A DNA stretch of 28,938 nt, from contig CAZXTB010000001.1 of the NCBI GenBank assembly GCA_964643535.1, forward strand, positions 2,260 to 31,197. Direction: 5' to 3'. The position numbers and the translations under genes were made by a program. Position 1 is the first letter of the stretch, and every line of letters begins with the position of its first letter. This document shows positions 6,878 to 16,157 of the stretch, one piece after another. Source of the stretch: an uncultured Erysipelotrichaceae bacterium (GTDB lineage Bacteria; Bacillota_I; Bacilli_A; Erysipelotrichales; Erysipelotrichaceae). The notes beneath the pieces were generated by a model. It was not told the DNA's origin. It ran no database searches and worked only from the letters and a program-made list of their open reading frames with translations.

Positions 6878-9019
6878 ATGGAAAAATTGATTGCGCCTAT
6901 CGCAAAAACACTTAATATTAGCTTCTCTCAAGTTAAGAATACTTTAGATCTATTAGCTGAAGGCAATACGATTCCTTTTATTGCGCGATATAGAAAAGAA
7001 GTGACTAAAGATCTCGATGAAGAACAGATCCGTTATATCGATGAACAATTCCAATATCAAAAAAATCTCGCTAAACGTAAAGAAGATGTGAAACGTTTGA
7101 TTGAAACTCAAGGGAAATTAACGCCTGAGTTGATCGCTCAAATCGATGCGTGTGAGACCTTATCTTTAGTCGAAGACATCTATCGTCCTTATCAACAGAA
7201 ACGTAAGACCAGAGCGACGGATGCGATCGCTAAGGGGCTTAAACCTTTAGCGGATTGGATCTTGAGTTGTCCAATAAAAGGAAACATTGAAGAAGAAGCG
7301 ACGAAGTATCTTAGTGATAAGGTAGCTTCAATAGAAGAAGCCATACAAGGCGCAAAAGACATCATCGCAGAAAGTGTCTCTGATGAAGCAACGCTTAGAA
7401 AAATGATTCGTGAACACATGATGTCTGAAGCGAAGATCATTGTAAAGATGATGAAGAATGCGGTCGATGAGTTAAAGACTTATCATGTTTATTATGCCTA
7501 TACTGAACGGTGTTCTACTTTAGCTCCTCATAGAATCATGGCCATCAATCGTGGTGAACGTGAGAAGATCTTATATGTGAATATGGAGTATAATCGTGAA
7601 CGCTTTGCGAAGGTACAATTCACCAAGATGACCAAGAATCAAAACTCGATCGTCAATGAGCTGATCGATGAAGCCATTCGTGATGGGTTAAAGCGTTTGG
7701 TTTATCCTTCTCTTGAAAGAGAAATAAGATCCAGTTTAACCGAGAAAGCTCAAGAAAAATCGATTGATGTTTTCTCTTCTAATCTAGAGCGCTTATTGTC
7801 TCAAGTTCCTATGAAGGGATCCATCATCTTAGGATTAGATCCTGCTTATCGTACAGGATGTAAATTAGCGGTTATCGATGGGACAGGTAAACTGATCCAC
7901 ATCGATGTGATCTATCCTCATCAACCTGTCAATAAAAAAGAAGAAGCCCTTAAGAAGACCATCGAATTGATACAGAAATATAAGGTTAATCTTATTGCGA
8001 TTGGGAATGGGACAGCGAGCAGAGAATCAGAAGCATTTATCGCTGAGATCTTAAGAAACAATCCAAACATCAATACGAGATATGTGATCGTATCTGAAGC
8101 AGGAGCTTCTGTTTATAGTGCGGGTGATTTAGCTCGTGAAGAATTTCCTGATCTCCACGTTGAGCAAAGATCTGCGGTATCCATTGCGCGTCGCTTATTA
8201 GACCCTCTCTCAGAACTCATCAAGATCGATCCTAAGAGTATCGGCGTAGGACAATATCAACACGATCTAGCTCCAGCTCGTCTTCAAGAAAGACTGGATT
8301 TTGCGGTCATTAAAACTGTTAATCGAGTAGGTGCTGATGTGAATACTGCCAGTGAAGAACTCTTAAGACACATAGCGGGTTTAAATAAATCTGTCGCCAA
8401 ATCATTGGTGGCCTATCGTAATGAGAATGGGCTCTTTAACAGTCGATCTCAACTCAATAAAGTTAAAGGCATGGGCGCTAAAGCTTATCAACAAGCAGCC
8501 GGTTTCTTACGTATTCCTTTGGCGAAAGATGAGCTTGATCGTACAGCCATCCATCCTGAATCTTATGATTTAGCCCATAAGATCATGAAAGAATTAGACA
8601 TCCGTTCACTTCTTGATGAACATCGCTCATTGGCCTTAGCCAATGCGAATGCGCAAGATTTAGCGACGAAGTTGAACTCAGATATCTATACCGTAAAAGA
8701 CATCTTAGGCATCTTGGCTGTGCCTTTTAGAGACTATCGTGAACGCTTTGATGCGCCTTTACTACACAGTGATATCGTAAAGATCGAAGATCTAAAAGTA
8801 GGCCTATCTTTAGAAGGAACCGTTAGAAACGTTACTGATTTTGGAGCCTTTGTGGACATTGGATTAAAGAATGATGGTTTGGTTCACATCTCAAAACTCA
8901 GTAAGGATAGACTCTCTTCTCCTTATGAGAAAGTAGCGGTAGGAGACATCGTTACAGTCACTGTTTTAGAAGTCGATCTTGAACGTCATAAAGTATCTTT
9001 AAGTATGATTGAACAATAG
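6878..9019 (+). CDS. tex: Tex (YhgF-like) RNA-binding transcriptional accessory protein
   Basis: EGNTIPFIARYRKEVT, GLDPAYRTGCKLA, GNGTASRES, DPKSIGVGQYQHD, HhH region, and C-terminal S1 domain GTVRNVTDFGAFVDIG...GLVHIS. SD AGAGGA. Confidence 0.97.
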   Translation: MEKLIAPIAKTLNISFSQVKNTLDLLAEGNTIPFIARYRKEVTKDLDEEQIRYIDEQFQYQKNLAKRKEDVKRLIETQGKLTPELIAQIDACETLSLVEDIYRPYQQKRKTRATDAIAKGLKPLADWILSCPIKGNIEEEATKYLSDKVASIEEAIQGAKDIIAESVSDEATLRKMIREHMMSEAKIIVKMMKNAVDELKTYHVYYAYTERCSTLAPHRIMAINRGEREKILYVNMEYNRERFAKVQFTKMTKNQNSIVNELIDEAIRDGLKRLVYPSLEREIRSSLTEKAQEKSIDVFSSNLERLLSQVPMKGSIILGLDPAYRTGCKLAVIDGTGKLIHIDVIYPHQPVNKKEEALKKTIELIQKYKVNLIAIGNGTASRESEAFIAEILRNNPNINTRYVIVSEAGASVYSAGDLAREEFPDLHVEQRSAVSIARRLLDPLSELIKIDPKSIGVGQYQHDLAPARLQERLDFAVIKTVNRVGADVNTASEELLRHIAGLNKSVAKSLVAYRNENGLFNSRSQLNKVKGMGAKAYQQAAGFLRIPLAKDELDRTAIHPESYDLAHKIMKELDIRSLLDEHRSLALANANAQDLATKLNSDIYTVKDILGILAVPFRDYRERFDAPLLHSDIVKIEDLKVGLSLEGTVRNVTDFGAFVDIGLKNDGLVHISKLSKDRLSSPYEKVAVGDIVTVTVLEVDLERHKVSLSMIEQ

Positions 9020-9030
9020 CCTTTCCTTTT

Positions 9031-9054
9031 AGTCATCCATTTTGGATGACTTTT
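9031..9054 (+). terminator. Rho-independent terminator after tex
   Basis: AGTCATCC / GGATGACT stem followed by TTTT. Confidence 0.8.
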
Positions 9055-9093
9055 GTTTAGAAAGGTCTATGAATAAGAAAGGTTAATAGACAC

Positions 9094-10500
9094 ATGACAT
9101 CAAACATCAATAGGATTCCACTAAGAACACAAGTCATCGTCATTGGTTCTGGCTTTGCGGGTTTAACTGCGGCGATAGAATGCAAAATGAATGGGGGAGA
9201 TGTCATTGTCCTTGAGAAAATGAAAGCAAGCGGAGGCAACTCCATCATCAGTGATGGGGGGATTGCGGCTCCTAATACCCCTGAACAAGCCCTACTGGGT
9301 ATTCAAGACTCTGTAGATTTGATGATTGAAGACATGATGAGATCAGGCGAAGGTCTTAATGATCCTGAGATGGTTAAGGTCATCTGTGATCATGCCTTAG
9401 AAGCTTACCAATGGTCAAATGATGTCTTGAAAGTAAAATATATGCCTCGAGTCGATATCTTTGGAGGTCATAGTGTACCTCGCTGTTATAGCCCAGATCC
9501 TCTATCAGGCTCAACCATCATTCTAAGAATGAGGGAGAAGTGTGAAGAACTTGGGATAAGGATTTTTCTAGGCGTTTATGTGGAGTCTTTTATTTTAGAT
9601 GAAGATCATAAAGTCATAGGTTTAAAATGTGACACTCAATACAGTTTAGATCCAACGCATAAGAAAGAAGCTCATGAGATCTTTGCCTCAAAAGGAATCA
9701 TAGTGGCCTCTGGTGGTTTTGCGGCAGATGTTTCTTTTAGAAAAAAACATAATTCTACCATCGATGATTCTGTTCAAACCACCAATAAGATTTTTACTTC
9801 TGCGGAAGTCTTAGAAGCGTGTATGAGTATAAATTCAAAAACGGCGTATTTAGATTTGATCCAATGGATGCCTTGGACCACCAATGATGAACAAGGTTAT
9901 GGAAGAGGAGGTCTCTTTGGGGATTATATCGTTTCATCCTATGGGATCTTAATCGATACAAAAACAGGACAAAGATTCGTCAATGAATTGGGCAATCGTA
10001 AAACAGTGACAGATAAGATACTAGAAGTAAAAGACATCATTGGGATCGCCGATGCCTTAAGTGTTAAGAAAGCCAATTGGGATCTAAAAAGCGCCCTTCA
10101 AAAAGGCATCATTAAAGCTCATGACTCTTGGGATGACTGTGCGTCTACTTATGGGATACCCCTTGAGAAACTCAAGGATAGTATTTCACTCTATAATCAA
10201 GGTGTTGAGAAGAAAGAGGATCTGTTTAATAAGCCAATAGAGTCATGGATGAATCCACTCTTAGAAGCACCCTTTTACTCAATGAAGATTTCTCCTAAAA
10301 CACACTACTCTTTAGGTGGTTTGGTCACAGACAATAAAACCCATGTGTTAAATCATGAAGGAAAAATCATCAAAGGTCTTTATGCGTGTGGAGAAGTCAC
10401 TGGGCTAACCCATGGGGCCAATCGACTAGGAAGCTGCTCAATCACGGAATGTTTGGTGATGGGTAGGATCGCTGGGAGAAGTATTTTAGAATCCAAATAG
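9094..10500 (+). CDS. FAD-dependent enoate reductase of the flavocytochrome c / urocanate reductase family (stand-alone flavin domain)
   Basis: GSGFAG FAD motif, EKM..GGNS, FGGHSVPR, ASGGF, RFVNELGNR, HYSLGG and GEVTGLTHGANRLG. No signal peptide, no CxxCH haem motif and no obvious FMN-binding domain. Confidence 0.88.
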   Translation: MTSNINRIPLRTQVIVIGSGFAGLTAAIECKMNGGDVIVLEKMKASGGNSIISDGGIAAPNTPEQALLGIQDSVDLMIEDMMRSGEGLNDPEMVKVICDHALEAYQWSNDVLKVKYMPRVDIFGGHSVPRCYSPDPLSGSTIILRMREKCEELGIRIFLGVYVESFILDEDHKVIGLKCDTQYSLDPTHKKEAHEIFASKGIIVASGGFAADVSFRKKHNSTIDDSVQTTNKIFTSAEVLEACMSINSKTAYLDLIQWMPWTTNDEQGYGRGGLFGDYIVSSYGILIDTKTGQRFVNELGNRKTVTDKILEVKDIIGIADALSVKKANWDLKSALQKGIIKAHDSWDDCASTYGIPLEKLKDSISLYNQGVEKKEDLFNKPIESWMNPLLEAPFYSMKISPKTHYSLGGLVTDNKTHVLNHEGKIIKGLYACGEVTGLTHGANRLGSCSITECLVMGRIAGRSILESK

Positions 10501-10731
10501 ATTACGTTTATAATAGACTTTAACGTAAAATAACTTACGAGTATAGGGATCATTTCTACTCATAACGACCTAAATAATTAAGCATATTTTTAAGTTCTTT
10601 ACACAGTATCTATATCTTTGAATTATCATCTAGTAATAAGGTTAAACTTATATTTTTTACTATACTAACTCTACAAAAAGGTCTATGATAAAAATGTAAA
10701 TAATGCTTGATAAAAGCAGGTTGGGGAACCT

Positions 10732-13473
10732 ATGATCAGAAAAATAATAATTCTAATGATGTCGCTTTTATTGGGTCTTTCTTTAAGTTCGTGTTTTAGT
10801 CAAGGTAATAAAAGCGTTGTGGGTAATACCAGTGGAAACATCAATAATGGGTCTCGCTTTTTAACTTTAGGCGACAGTATTTATTTTACGCTTGCTGAAA
10901 GTGATCAAGATATTCAAAATCCTGAGACAGGATTCTATAAAACAAACCTAAATGGAACAAAAATTGAGAAGCTCTTTAGTAAAGATCTTGGAGCTTTATT
11001 TTTTAGTGGGAATACTATAGTCACCAGTACAGGTTATGATTATAATCCAAGTACGGGTCAACTCACTCGATCGGTATGGGCTAAAGAAGTTGAACTTGGA
11101 TCTGCTTTCCTAGTTTATGGAGATCTTATACTCTACTCAAATAAATTAGATCAAGATCGTCTCTATTCGATTCAAAGAGATGGAACTAAAATCACCAAAC
11201 TTACTGAGGTTTCTGTCAGTAAAGTCGACGTGATGAACGGATGGATCTATTATTCTACAAAAGATCCTGTTTCATTAAGAAGAGTTAAATTGAATGGGAA
11301 AGAAGATGCTTTAGTCTCTGAAGATGCAGGGAGTGATTTCATTCTTAAAGAAGATAAGATCTATTATATTTCTTTAGAGAAACAGACCTTAAAATCTATG
11401 AATTTAGATGGGACAGTCGCTAAGACAAAAAACGAAATCAAATCTAAGAATATTAATATGTTTGAAGATAGGGTCTATTATATAATGCTTGCGGATGAAC
11501 GAGTCTATAGTTTTGTTGATGGTGATGGTCCTTTAGCCGTTTATCCTCGTTCAGTGAGTACTGCAGGATCACTCTTTATTGGAGGAGATTTTGTATTTTT
11601 TGAAGATGCTATTTATCCTAACCGAATCAACAAGATTCATGTGACGGGACTACAATCTGATTTTATTAAATCATCTTATGGATTGGGCAATGTTTTAGGG
11701 AACACCCCTGGCAACATCAACAACGGTGCTAGGATGGTTGAAGTCAACGGATGGATTTATACATCAGAGAGAACGGATCTTTCTAGTGAATATCCTATGA
11801 ACGGTATCAATCCTTATGGTGGTCTATGGAGAATGAGAACAGATACTTCAGAAAGAGAAAGAATCATTGATACCGATGTAGGCTCTTTATACTCTACTGG
11901 AGGCATGATTTATACTCAAATTGGCTTAACCTATAATCCCACAACTCTGGAGCTTAAACCTTCTAAATGGGCAAACGCTATTCCATATTCAACGAGTGGA
12001 TCCTTTACAGTCTTTGATGACATAGTTTTGTCTAGTAGAGATAGGAGATTATATAGTGCTACAATTGATGGTTCTGCCGCGAAGATAATCCTAGATAATG
12101 TAACTATTACGAAATGTATCGTGGTAGGAGAATGGATTTATTATGTTGAAGATAAAGATATGATGAGTGTGCTTCATCGGATGTCTTTAACGGGAACCAA
12201 TAATACAGTCGTATTGAATATGCAATACGATGATTACCTCATTGAAGGCTCCTTGCTTTACTTCAGAAATATGTTGGATGAAAATAGGATTTACGTCAAA
12301 GACTTATCTACAGGCACTGAAACCAAACTAAACAATGTGGGTGGAATGGCGCTCAATTCAAGCGCCACCAAACTCTTCTATGTCAACGAGTCTGATTATT
12401 ATGTTTATCAAATGGATAAAGACGGAAAGAACACAAAGAAAATATCTTCAACGACGACGATCAACATCTTGGTTGTAGGAGATTATCTCTATTATAGAGA
12501 TAACTATCAATATACCAGTATGCGTAGAATAAACTTAACTACAGGGGTTGAAGAGAATCTAACGTATGAAACCCATGTAGCACCTGTATCTAGTCCTACT
12601 GAACTTCTAAAAGGAAATGCGGTGGGATCCTTGGTGGTTGAGAAAGACGGTTGGATCTATGGATCCAGCACGAACGGTTTATATCGTATGAAAGCCGATG
12701 GATCTTCAAGAACCAAGATTTCTGATCATAGAGCGATCTCTATGGCCATCTTGTCTGATTGGATCTATTTTATCAATCCTGATCATCTCAATTGGATCTT
12801 TAGAATGAAATTGGATGGGAGCGAATATAGTGTAGTCTCAACAAAAACAGCAGGTAGAATAATCATCAAAGATGAATGGATCTACTTCAATAATTATGGC
12901 TTATCAAGGGTTCGCACAGATGGGAGTGGCTTAAAGACTCTTGAGAATGGTTTGACTGGATATGTCGATTACCAACCAGGATTCTACATCGACAACAATA
13001 AAATAATATACGTTCAGATGATAGACGACTATACGCGTGTTATCTCACGATTAGATCTCGATGGGAAGAATAAAGATGTATTAATCCAAGGAAACAATTG
13101 GCTTCTCAATGTGAGAGATTCCTGGATCTATTATCATGTCCATGATTATTCTGGTATGACTCAATATCAAAACTATAAAATGGATTTCTATGGAAATCAT
13201 AAGACTTTGATCACCAATGAAGATCAGATTGATCTCATCGGGACCTATGATGGTTGGGTTTATGCCTATGGATTTAATAGATCAAGTGTGTTCAAAATGA
13301 AAGCCGATGGGTCTTCTAAGAAAGTCTTGACGAATATAAACAATGAATGGATCGACAGTATCGTCATCACTTCAACTCACTTTGTGATTGGGACACGCGA
13401 TAATATCTCTCTTCAATATAAAATGTATTCAGGAGATCTTGAAGGACTCTATGTATGGGAAATCATTAACTAA
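10732..13473 (+). CDS. Large surface lipoprotein with three tandem DUF5050-like beta-propeller domains
   Basis: Lipobox LSSC after a hydrophobic stretch. Domain starts GNTSGNINNG (10822), GNTPGNINNG (11698) and GNAVG (12613). Many GWIY / DGS / KMKADGS blade repeats. Confidence 0.85.
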   Translation: MIRKIIILMMSLLLGLSLSSCFSQGNKSVVGNTSGNINNGSRFLTLGDSIYFTLAESDQDIQNPETGFYKTNLNGTKIEKLFSKDLGALFFSGNTIVTSTGYDYNPSTGQLTRSVWAKEVELGSAFLVYGDLILYSNKLDQDRLYSIQRDGTKITKLTEVSVSKVDVMNGWIYYSTKDPVSLRRVKLNGKEDALVSEDAGSDFILKEDKIYYISLEKQTLKSMNLDGTVAKTKNEIKSKNINMFEDRVYYIMLADERVYSFVDGDGPLAVYPRSVSTAGSLFIGGDFVFFEDAIYPNRINKIHVTGLQSDFIKSSYGLGNVLGNTPGNINNGARMVEVNGWIYTSERTDLSSEYPMNGINPYGGLWRMRTDTSERERIIDTDVGSLYSTGGMIYTQIGLTYNPTTLELKPSKWANAIPYSTSGSFTVFDDIVLSSRDRRLYSATIDGSAAKIILDNVTITKCIVVGEWIYYVEDKDMMSVLHRMSLTGTNNTVVLNMQYDDYLIEGSLLYFRNMLDENRIYVKDLSTGTETKLNNVGGMALNSSATKLFYVNESDYYVYQMDKDGKNTKKISSTTTINILVVGDYLYYRDNYQYTSMRRINLTTGVEENLTYETHVAPVSSPTELLKGNAVGSLVVEKDGWIYGSSTNGLYRMKADGSSRTKISDHRAISMAILSDWIYFINPDHLNWIFRMKLDGSEYSVVSTKTAGRIIIKDEWIYFNNYGLSRVRTDGSGLKTLENGLTGYVDYQPGFYIDNNKIIYVQMIDDYTRVISRLDLDGKNKDVLIQGNNWLLNVRDSWIYYHVHDYSGMTQYQNYKMDFYGNHKTLITNEDQIDLIGTYDGWVYAYGFNRSSVFKMKADGSSKKVLTNINNEWIDSIVITSTHFVIGTRDNISLQYKMYSGDLEGLYVWEIIN

Positions 13474-13478
13474 GTGTG

Positions 13479-13501
13479 AAGCCATCCTCGGATGGCTTTT
13501 T
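13479..13501 (+). terminator. Rho-independent terminator
   Basis: AAGCCATC-CTCG-GATGGCTT followed by a T run. Confidence 0.85.
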
Positions 13502-13545
13502 CTTTGAGCACTGAAGTTTAAGGATGAGTATGTTAAGATAAAGCC

Positions 13546-14058
13546 ATGAAGATGAACGAAGAAGACTTTACCGCAATCTATCACGCGACCTATACCCCAC
13601 TTAGAAAATTCATTCTATTTAAGACAAATAGTATTCAAGATGGAGAAGAATTGATCCAGAATGTTTATCTGGATTTTTATCGATACATCGTCAAAGAAGG
13701 AAAGCCTGTTGATAATGCCTTAGCGTATTTAATGGGGATGGCTAAACATGAATTGGGTCGATACTATAAAAACAAAGCGAATGAAGCCATCACGTTCGAT
13801 GATGAAGATAATAATCTTTTAGATCAGATCCCAGATGATTTGGATTTAGAAAGCGAACTATTAGATGCCTTAACCATTGAAGAAATCTGGGCCAGTATTC
13901 AAAAACTTAGTCCTCTTGATCAAAAGATCTTGGTGGGAAGGTATCGATTTGATCTTTCTTATAAAGAGATCGCCGCTCAATGTGAGATGCCTGAGACAAC
14001 GGTTAAGAGCCGAATCTATAAATCGATTGAGACCTTAAAAGTAAAATTTAAAAAATAG
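13546..14058 (+). CDS. ECF-family RNA polymerase sigma factor
   Basis: 170 aa with region 2 (DGEELIQNVYL...AYLMGMAKH) and region 4 (LSPLDQKILVGRY...LSYKEIA...ETTVKSRIYK). An alternative start is possible at 13552. Confidence 0.9.
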   Translation: MKMNEEDFTAIYHATYTPLRKFILFKTNSIQDGEELIQNVYLDFYRYIVKEGKPVDNALAYLMGMAKHELGRYYKNKANEAITFDDEDNNLLDQIPDDLDLESELLDALTIEEIWASIQKLSPLDQKILVGRYRFDLSYKEIAAQCEMPETTVKSRIYKSIETLKVKFKK

Positions 14059-14111
14059 TTTCGTCTATTTTGTCCTAATCATTCTCTTCTAAGATGTAAG
14101 GAAGCAAACCT

Positions 14112-15047
14112 ATGAACCAGAAATTCAAAAAAAGTATTCAACAGTATGCCTGTAATGAAGAGGAGACATTATCTCAAATCTTTAAACAAGCTCAAGTTCT
14201 AGGTTTACGATCCCCAAGGAGAACACCTTTTATGAACAGATTTTTAAAGTTAAGTTTAAGTGTTGCTTTAGTTAGTGTTTTAGCGCTGGTTACGTTAACT
14301 CAATTTGGGATATTTAATCCCTTTGGCGGATCAAATGCCGTTACAGCAGTGTATGCTTTGGATATTAATCCTAGCTTTGAGCTTTCCGTCAATCGTGCTG
14401 ATGTCGTTGTGAAGATTGTCGCCGTCAATGATGACGCTAAGACGATCACCACTGAAGATCTATTGGGTTTAGATTCAGCGCTTGTTATTCAAACGCTTGT
14501 TCAAAGAGCGACAGAAGCTGGGTTTATTGATGATACAGATCTTATCGAAGACTTTGTCTTAGTCACAAGCATTCCGATGAAAGATGATAGTGAAACACAG
14601 AAACAAGTCGATAACCTAGGTCAGAAGATTCAAGCCCTAAGAGAAGCTGATCCTACTCTACAAGCCATTAGTGTCGCCACCATCAAAGCCACTAAGATTG
14701 AACTCTTAGAAGCTCAAGGAAAGAAAATACCTGTAGGATTGTATGTCGTCAATGGAATGATTACCTCCCCTGATGGAACAATCTTAAGCGTTAAAGAATT
14801 CTTCTCAGATCCTGAAAATCGTGCGCTTATTAAGAATTATGGTCATATTACGGAAGTGAATCTTGATAAGTATCGTTCCCGCTTGATATTGGCATTGAAT
14901 AAACTTGATAGACAAGGTGTTAATACCATTAGCTTACGAGAACGCATTACAGCAACATCAACCGAAGATGAACTGAATGTAATCAACAATGAAATACAAA
15001 TTTTAATTGAAGCGAATAAACCAGGTAATGGGAAACCCGCCAAATAA
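14112..15047 (+). CDS. Single-pass anti-sigma factor candidate with an RsgI-like juxtamembrane domain
   Basis: About 45-aa N-terminal region, one TM segment (LSLSVALVSVLALVTLTQFGIF), then YALDINPSFELSVN...VAVNDDA, matching the RsgI extracytoplasmic signature. Directly downstream of the ECF sigma; SD AAGGA. Confidence 0.75.
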   Translation: MNQKFKKSIQQYACNEEETLSQIFKQAQVLGLRSPRRTPFMNRFLKLSLSVALVSVLALVTLTQFGIFNPFGGSNAVTAVYALDINPSFELSVNRADVVVKIVAVNDDAKTITTEDLLGLDSALVIQTLVQRATEAGFIDDTDLIEDFVLVTSIPMKDDSETQKQVDNLGQKIQALREADPTLQAISVATIKATKIELLEAQGKKIPVGLYVVNGMITSPDGTILSVKEFFSDPENRALIKNYGHITEVNLDKYRSRLILALNKLDRQGVNTISLRERITATSTEDELNVINNEIQILIEANKPGNGKPAK

Positions 15048-15068
15048 GGTTCTCATAAATCAAATGAT

Positions 15069-15098
15069 AAAAGATCATTCTCACAAGATGATCTTTTT
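15069..15098 (+). terminator. Rho-independent terminator after the anti-sigma gene
   Basis: AAAAGATCAT / ATGATCTTTT 10-bp stem with a T run. Confidence 0.8.
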
Positions 15099-15140
15099 TA
15101 ATCGATATTCTTATCCTGCAATTTCTAAGTCAACCATTGT

Positions 15141-15169
15141 TTGAGTATTAGGTTGAAGTGCGTTATGAT
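15141..15169 (+). promoter_or_regulatory. sigmaA-like promoter of the PHP gene
   Basis: TTGAGT (15141-15146), 17-nt spacer, TATGAT (15164-15169). Confidence 0.55.
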
Positions 15170-15219
15170 TATACAGATAGCGTTAGTTGAGTTATTCATT
15201 AATGCGCAAGGAGCTTCTC

Positions 15220-16128
15220 ATGGGACACAACACCATAGATTTACATATGCATTCAAACGTCAGTAATGACGCTCAATATAGTCCATCTGAACTCATGGAG
15301 ATGTGTGCTGAAAGTGGATTGAAGATCGTTGCGATCGCTGATCATAACTCCATTAAAGGATTCTCATCTGCGAAACAAGCGCTTCATGATCAAGACCATG
15401 ATCTCATTTTAATTCCTGGGATTGAATTGGACTGTCATTATAAAGGGACCAATCTTCATATCTTGGGTTATGGAGTCAATCCCAATGAACCTTGGTTTTC
15501 TACCTACAGTCAACGTATCGACGATGAAGATCTTCGTTTATCCTCAGTAAGAGCGAATAAGATAAGAGATCTAGGATTGTTTCTAGAAGATGCCCAATTG
15601 GCTAAACTCAGTATTCATGGGATATTAACCGGTGAAATGATTGGGGAAGTCGCGCTGGAAGATGCGCGTAATCTTAATCATCCTTTACTAAAACCTTATC
15701 GATTAGGCGGAGATCGAAGTGATAATCCTTTCGTAAATTTCTATTGGGATTTTATGGCTCAAGGGAAGCCTGCTTATGTGGAGGTTGAATTTATAAGTGC
15801 CAAAGAAGCCATCCAACACATCAAAGATGCGGGTGGATTATCAGTATTCGCTCACCCTGGAAATAATGTTGGGATGAATGAAGCCTTACTAGAAGAGATC
15901 TTAGCTTTAGGAATAGATGGGATCGAAGTATACAGCTCTTATCATAATGAAGAAAAGACTCAGTTTTATCGTGAAAAAGCCTTAGCTCATCATCTATTGA
16001 TGACCTTAGGAAGTGATTTTCATGGGAAATCAAAACCGGCGATTAAACTGGGACAGTTTAAATGTCCAGATGAATTAAAGCTTACCGAGGCATTTCTTAG
16101 TCGACCTGAAATACTTCCCTATTTATAG
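15220..16128 (+). CDS. PHP-domain metal-dependent phosphoesterase (TrpH/YciV-like)
   Basis: IDLHMHS, AIADHN, IPGIELD, HILGYG, FAHPG, GIEVYSSYH and GSDFHG. Start moved from TTG 15187 to ATG 15220, preceded by SD AAGGAG (15208-15213). Confidence 0.9.
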   Translation: MGHNTIDLHMHSNVSNDAQYSPSELMEMCAESGLKIVAIADHNSIKGFSSAKQALHDQDHDLILIPGIELDCHYKGTNLHILGYGVNPNEPWFSTYSQRIDDEDLRLSSVRANKIRDLGLFLEDAQLAKLSIHGILTGEMIGEVALEDARNLNHPLLKPYRLGGDRSDNPFVNFYWDFMAQGKPAYVEVEFISAKEAIQHIKDAGGLSVFAHPGNNVGMNEALLEEILALGIDGIEVYSSYHNEEKTQFYREKALAHHLLMTLGSDFHGKSKPAIKLGQFKCPDELKLTEAFLSRPEILPYL

Positions 16129-16157
16129 AATCAATAGTGACCCCGTACTAAAGATTT

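Noticed and set aside
7192-9248. Antisense ORFs 7192-7440 and 9057-9248
   Set aside because: Shadows of tex and of the FAD reductase, with no independent support.
10502-10565. Two weak inverted repeats (TTACGTT/AACGTAA and TTACGAGTA/TACTCATAA) after the FAD reductase
   Set aside because: Short, AT-rich, long loops and no U tract; I cannot distinguish them from chance.
13546-14058. Calling the sigma factor SigI because of the RsgI-like neighbour
   Set aside because: It is too short and has an ordinary ECF region 4 rather than the SigI C-terminal domain.
15220-16128. PHP protein as DNA polymerase III alpha, PolX or histidinol phosphatase
   Set aside because: Stand-alone ~300-aa PHP without a polymerase domain; the motif spacing and long insertion fit the TrpH/YciV group, and the substrate cannot be read from sequence.
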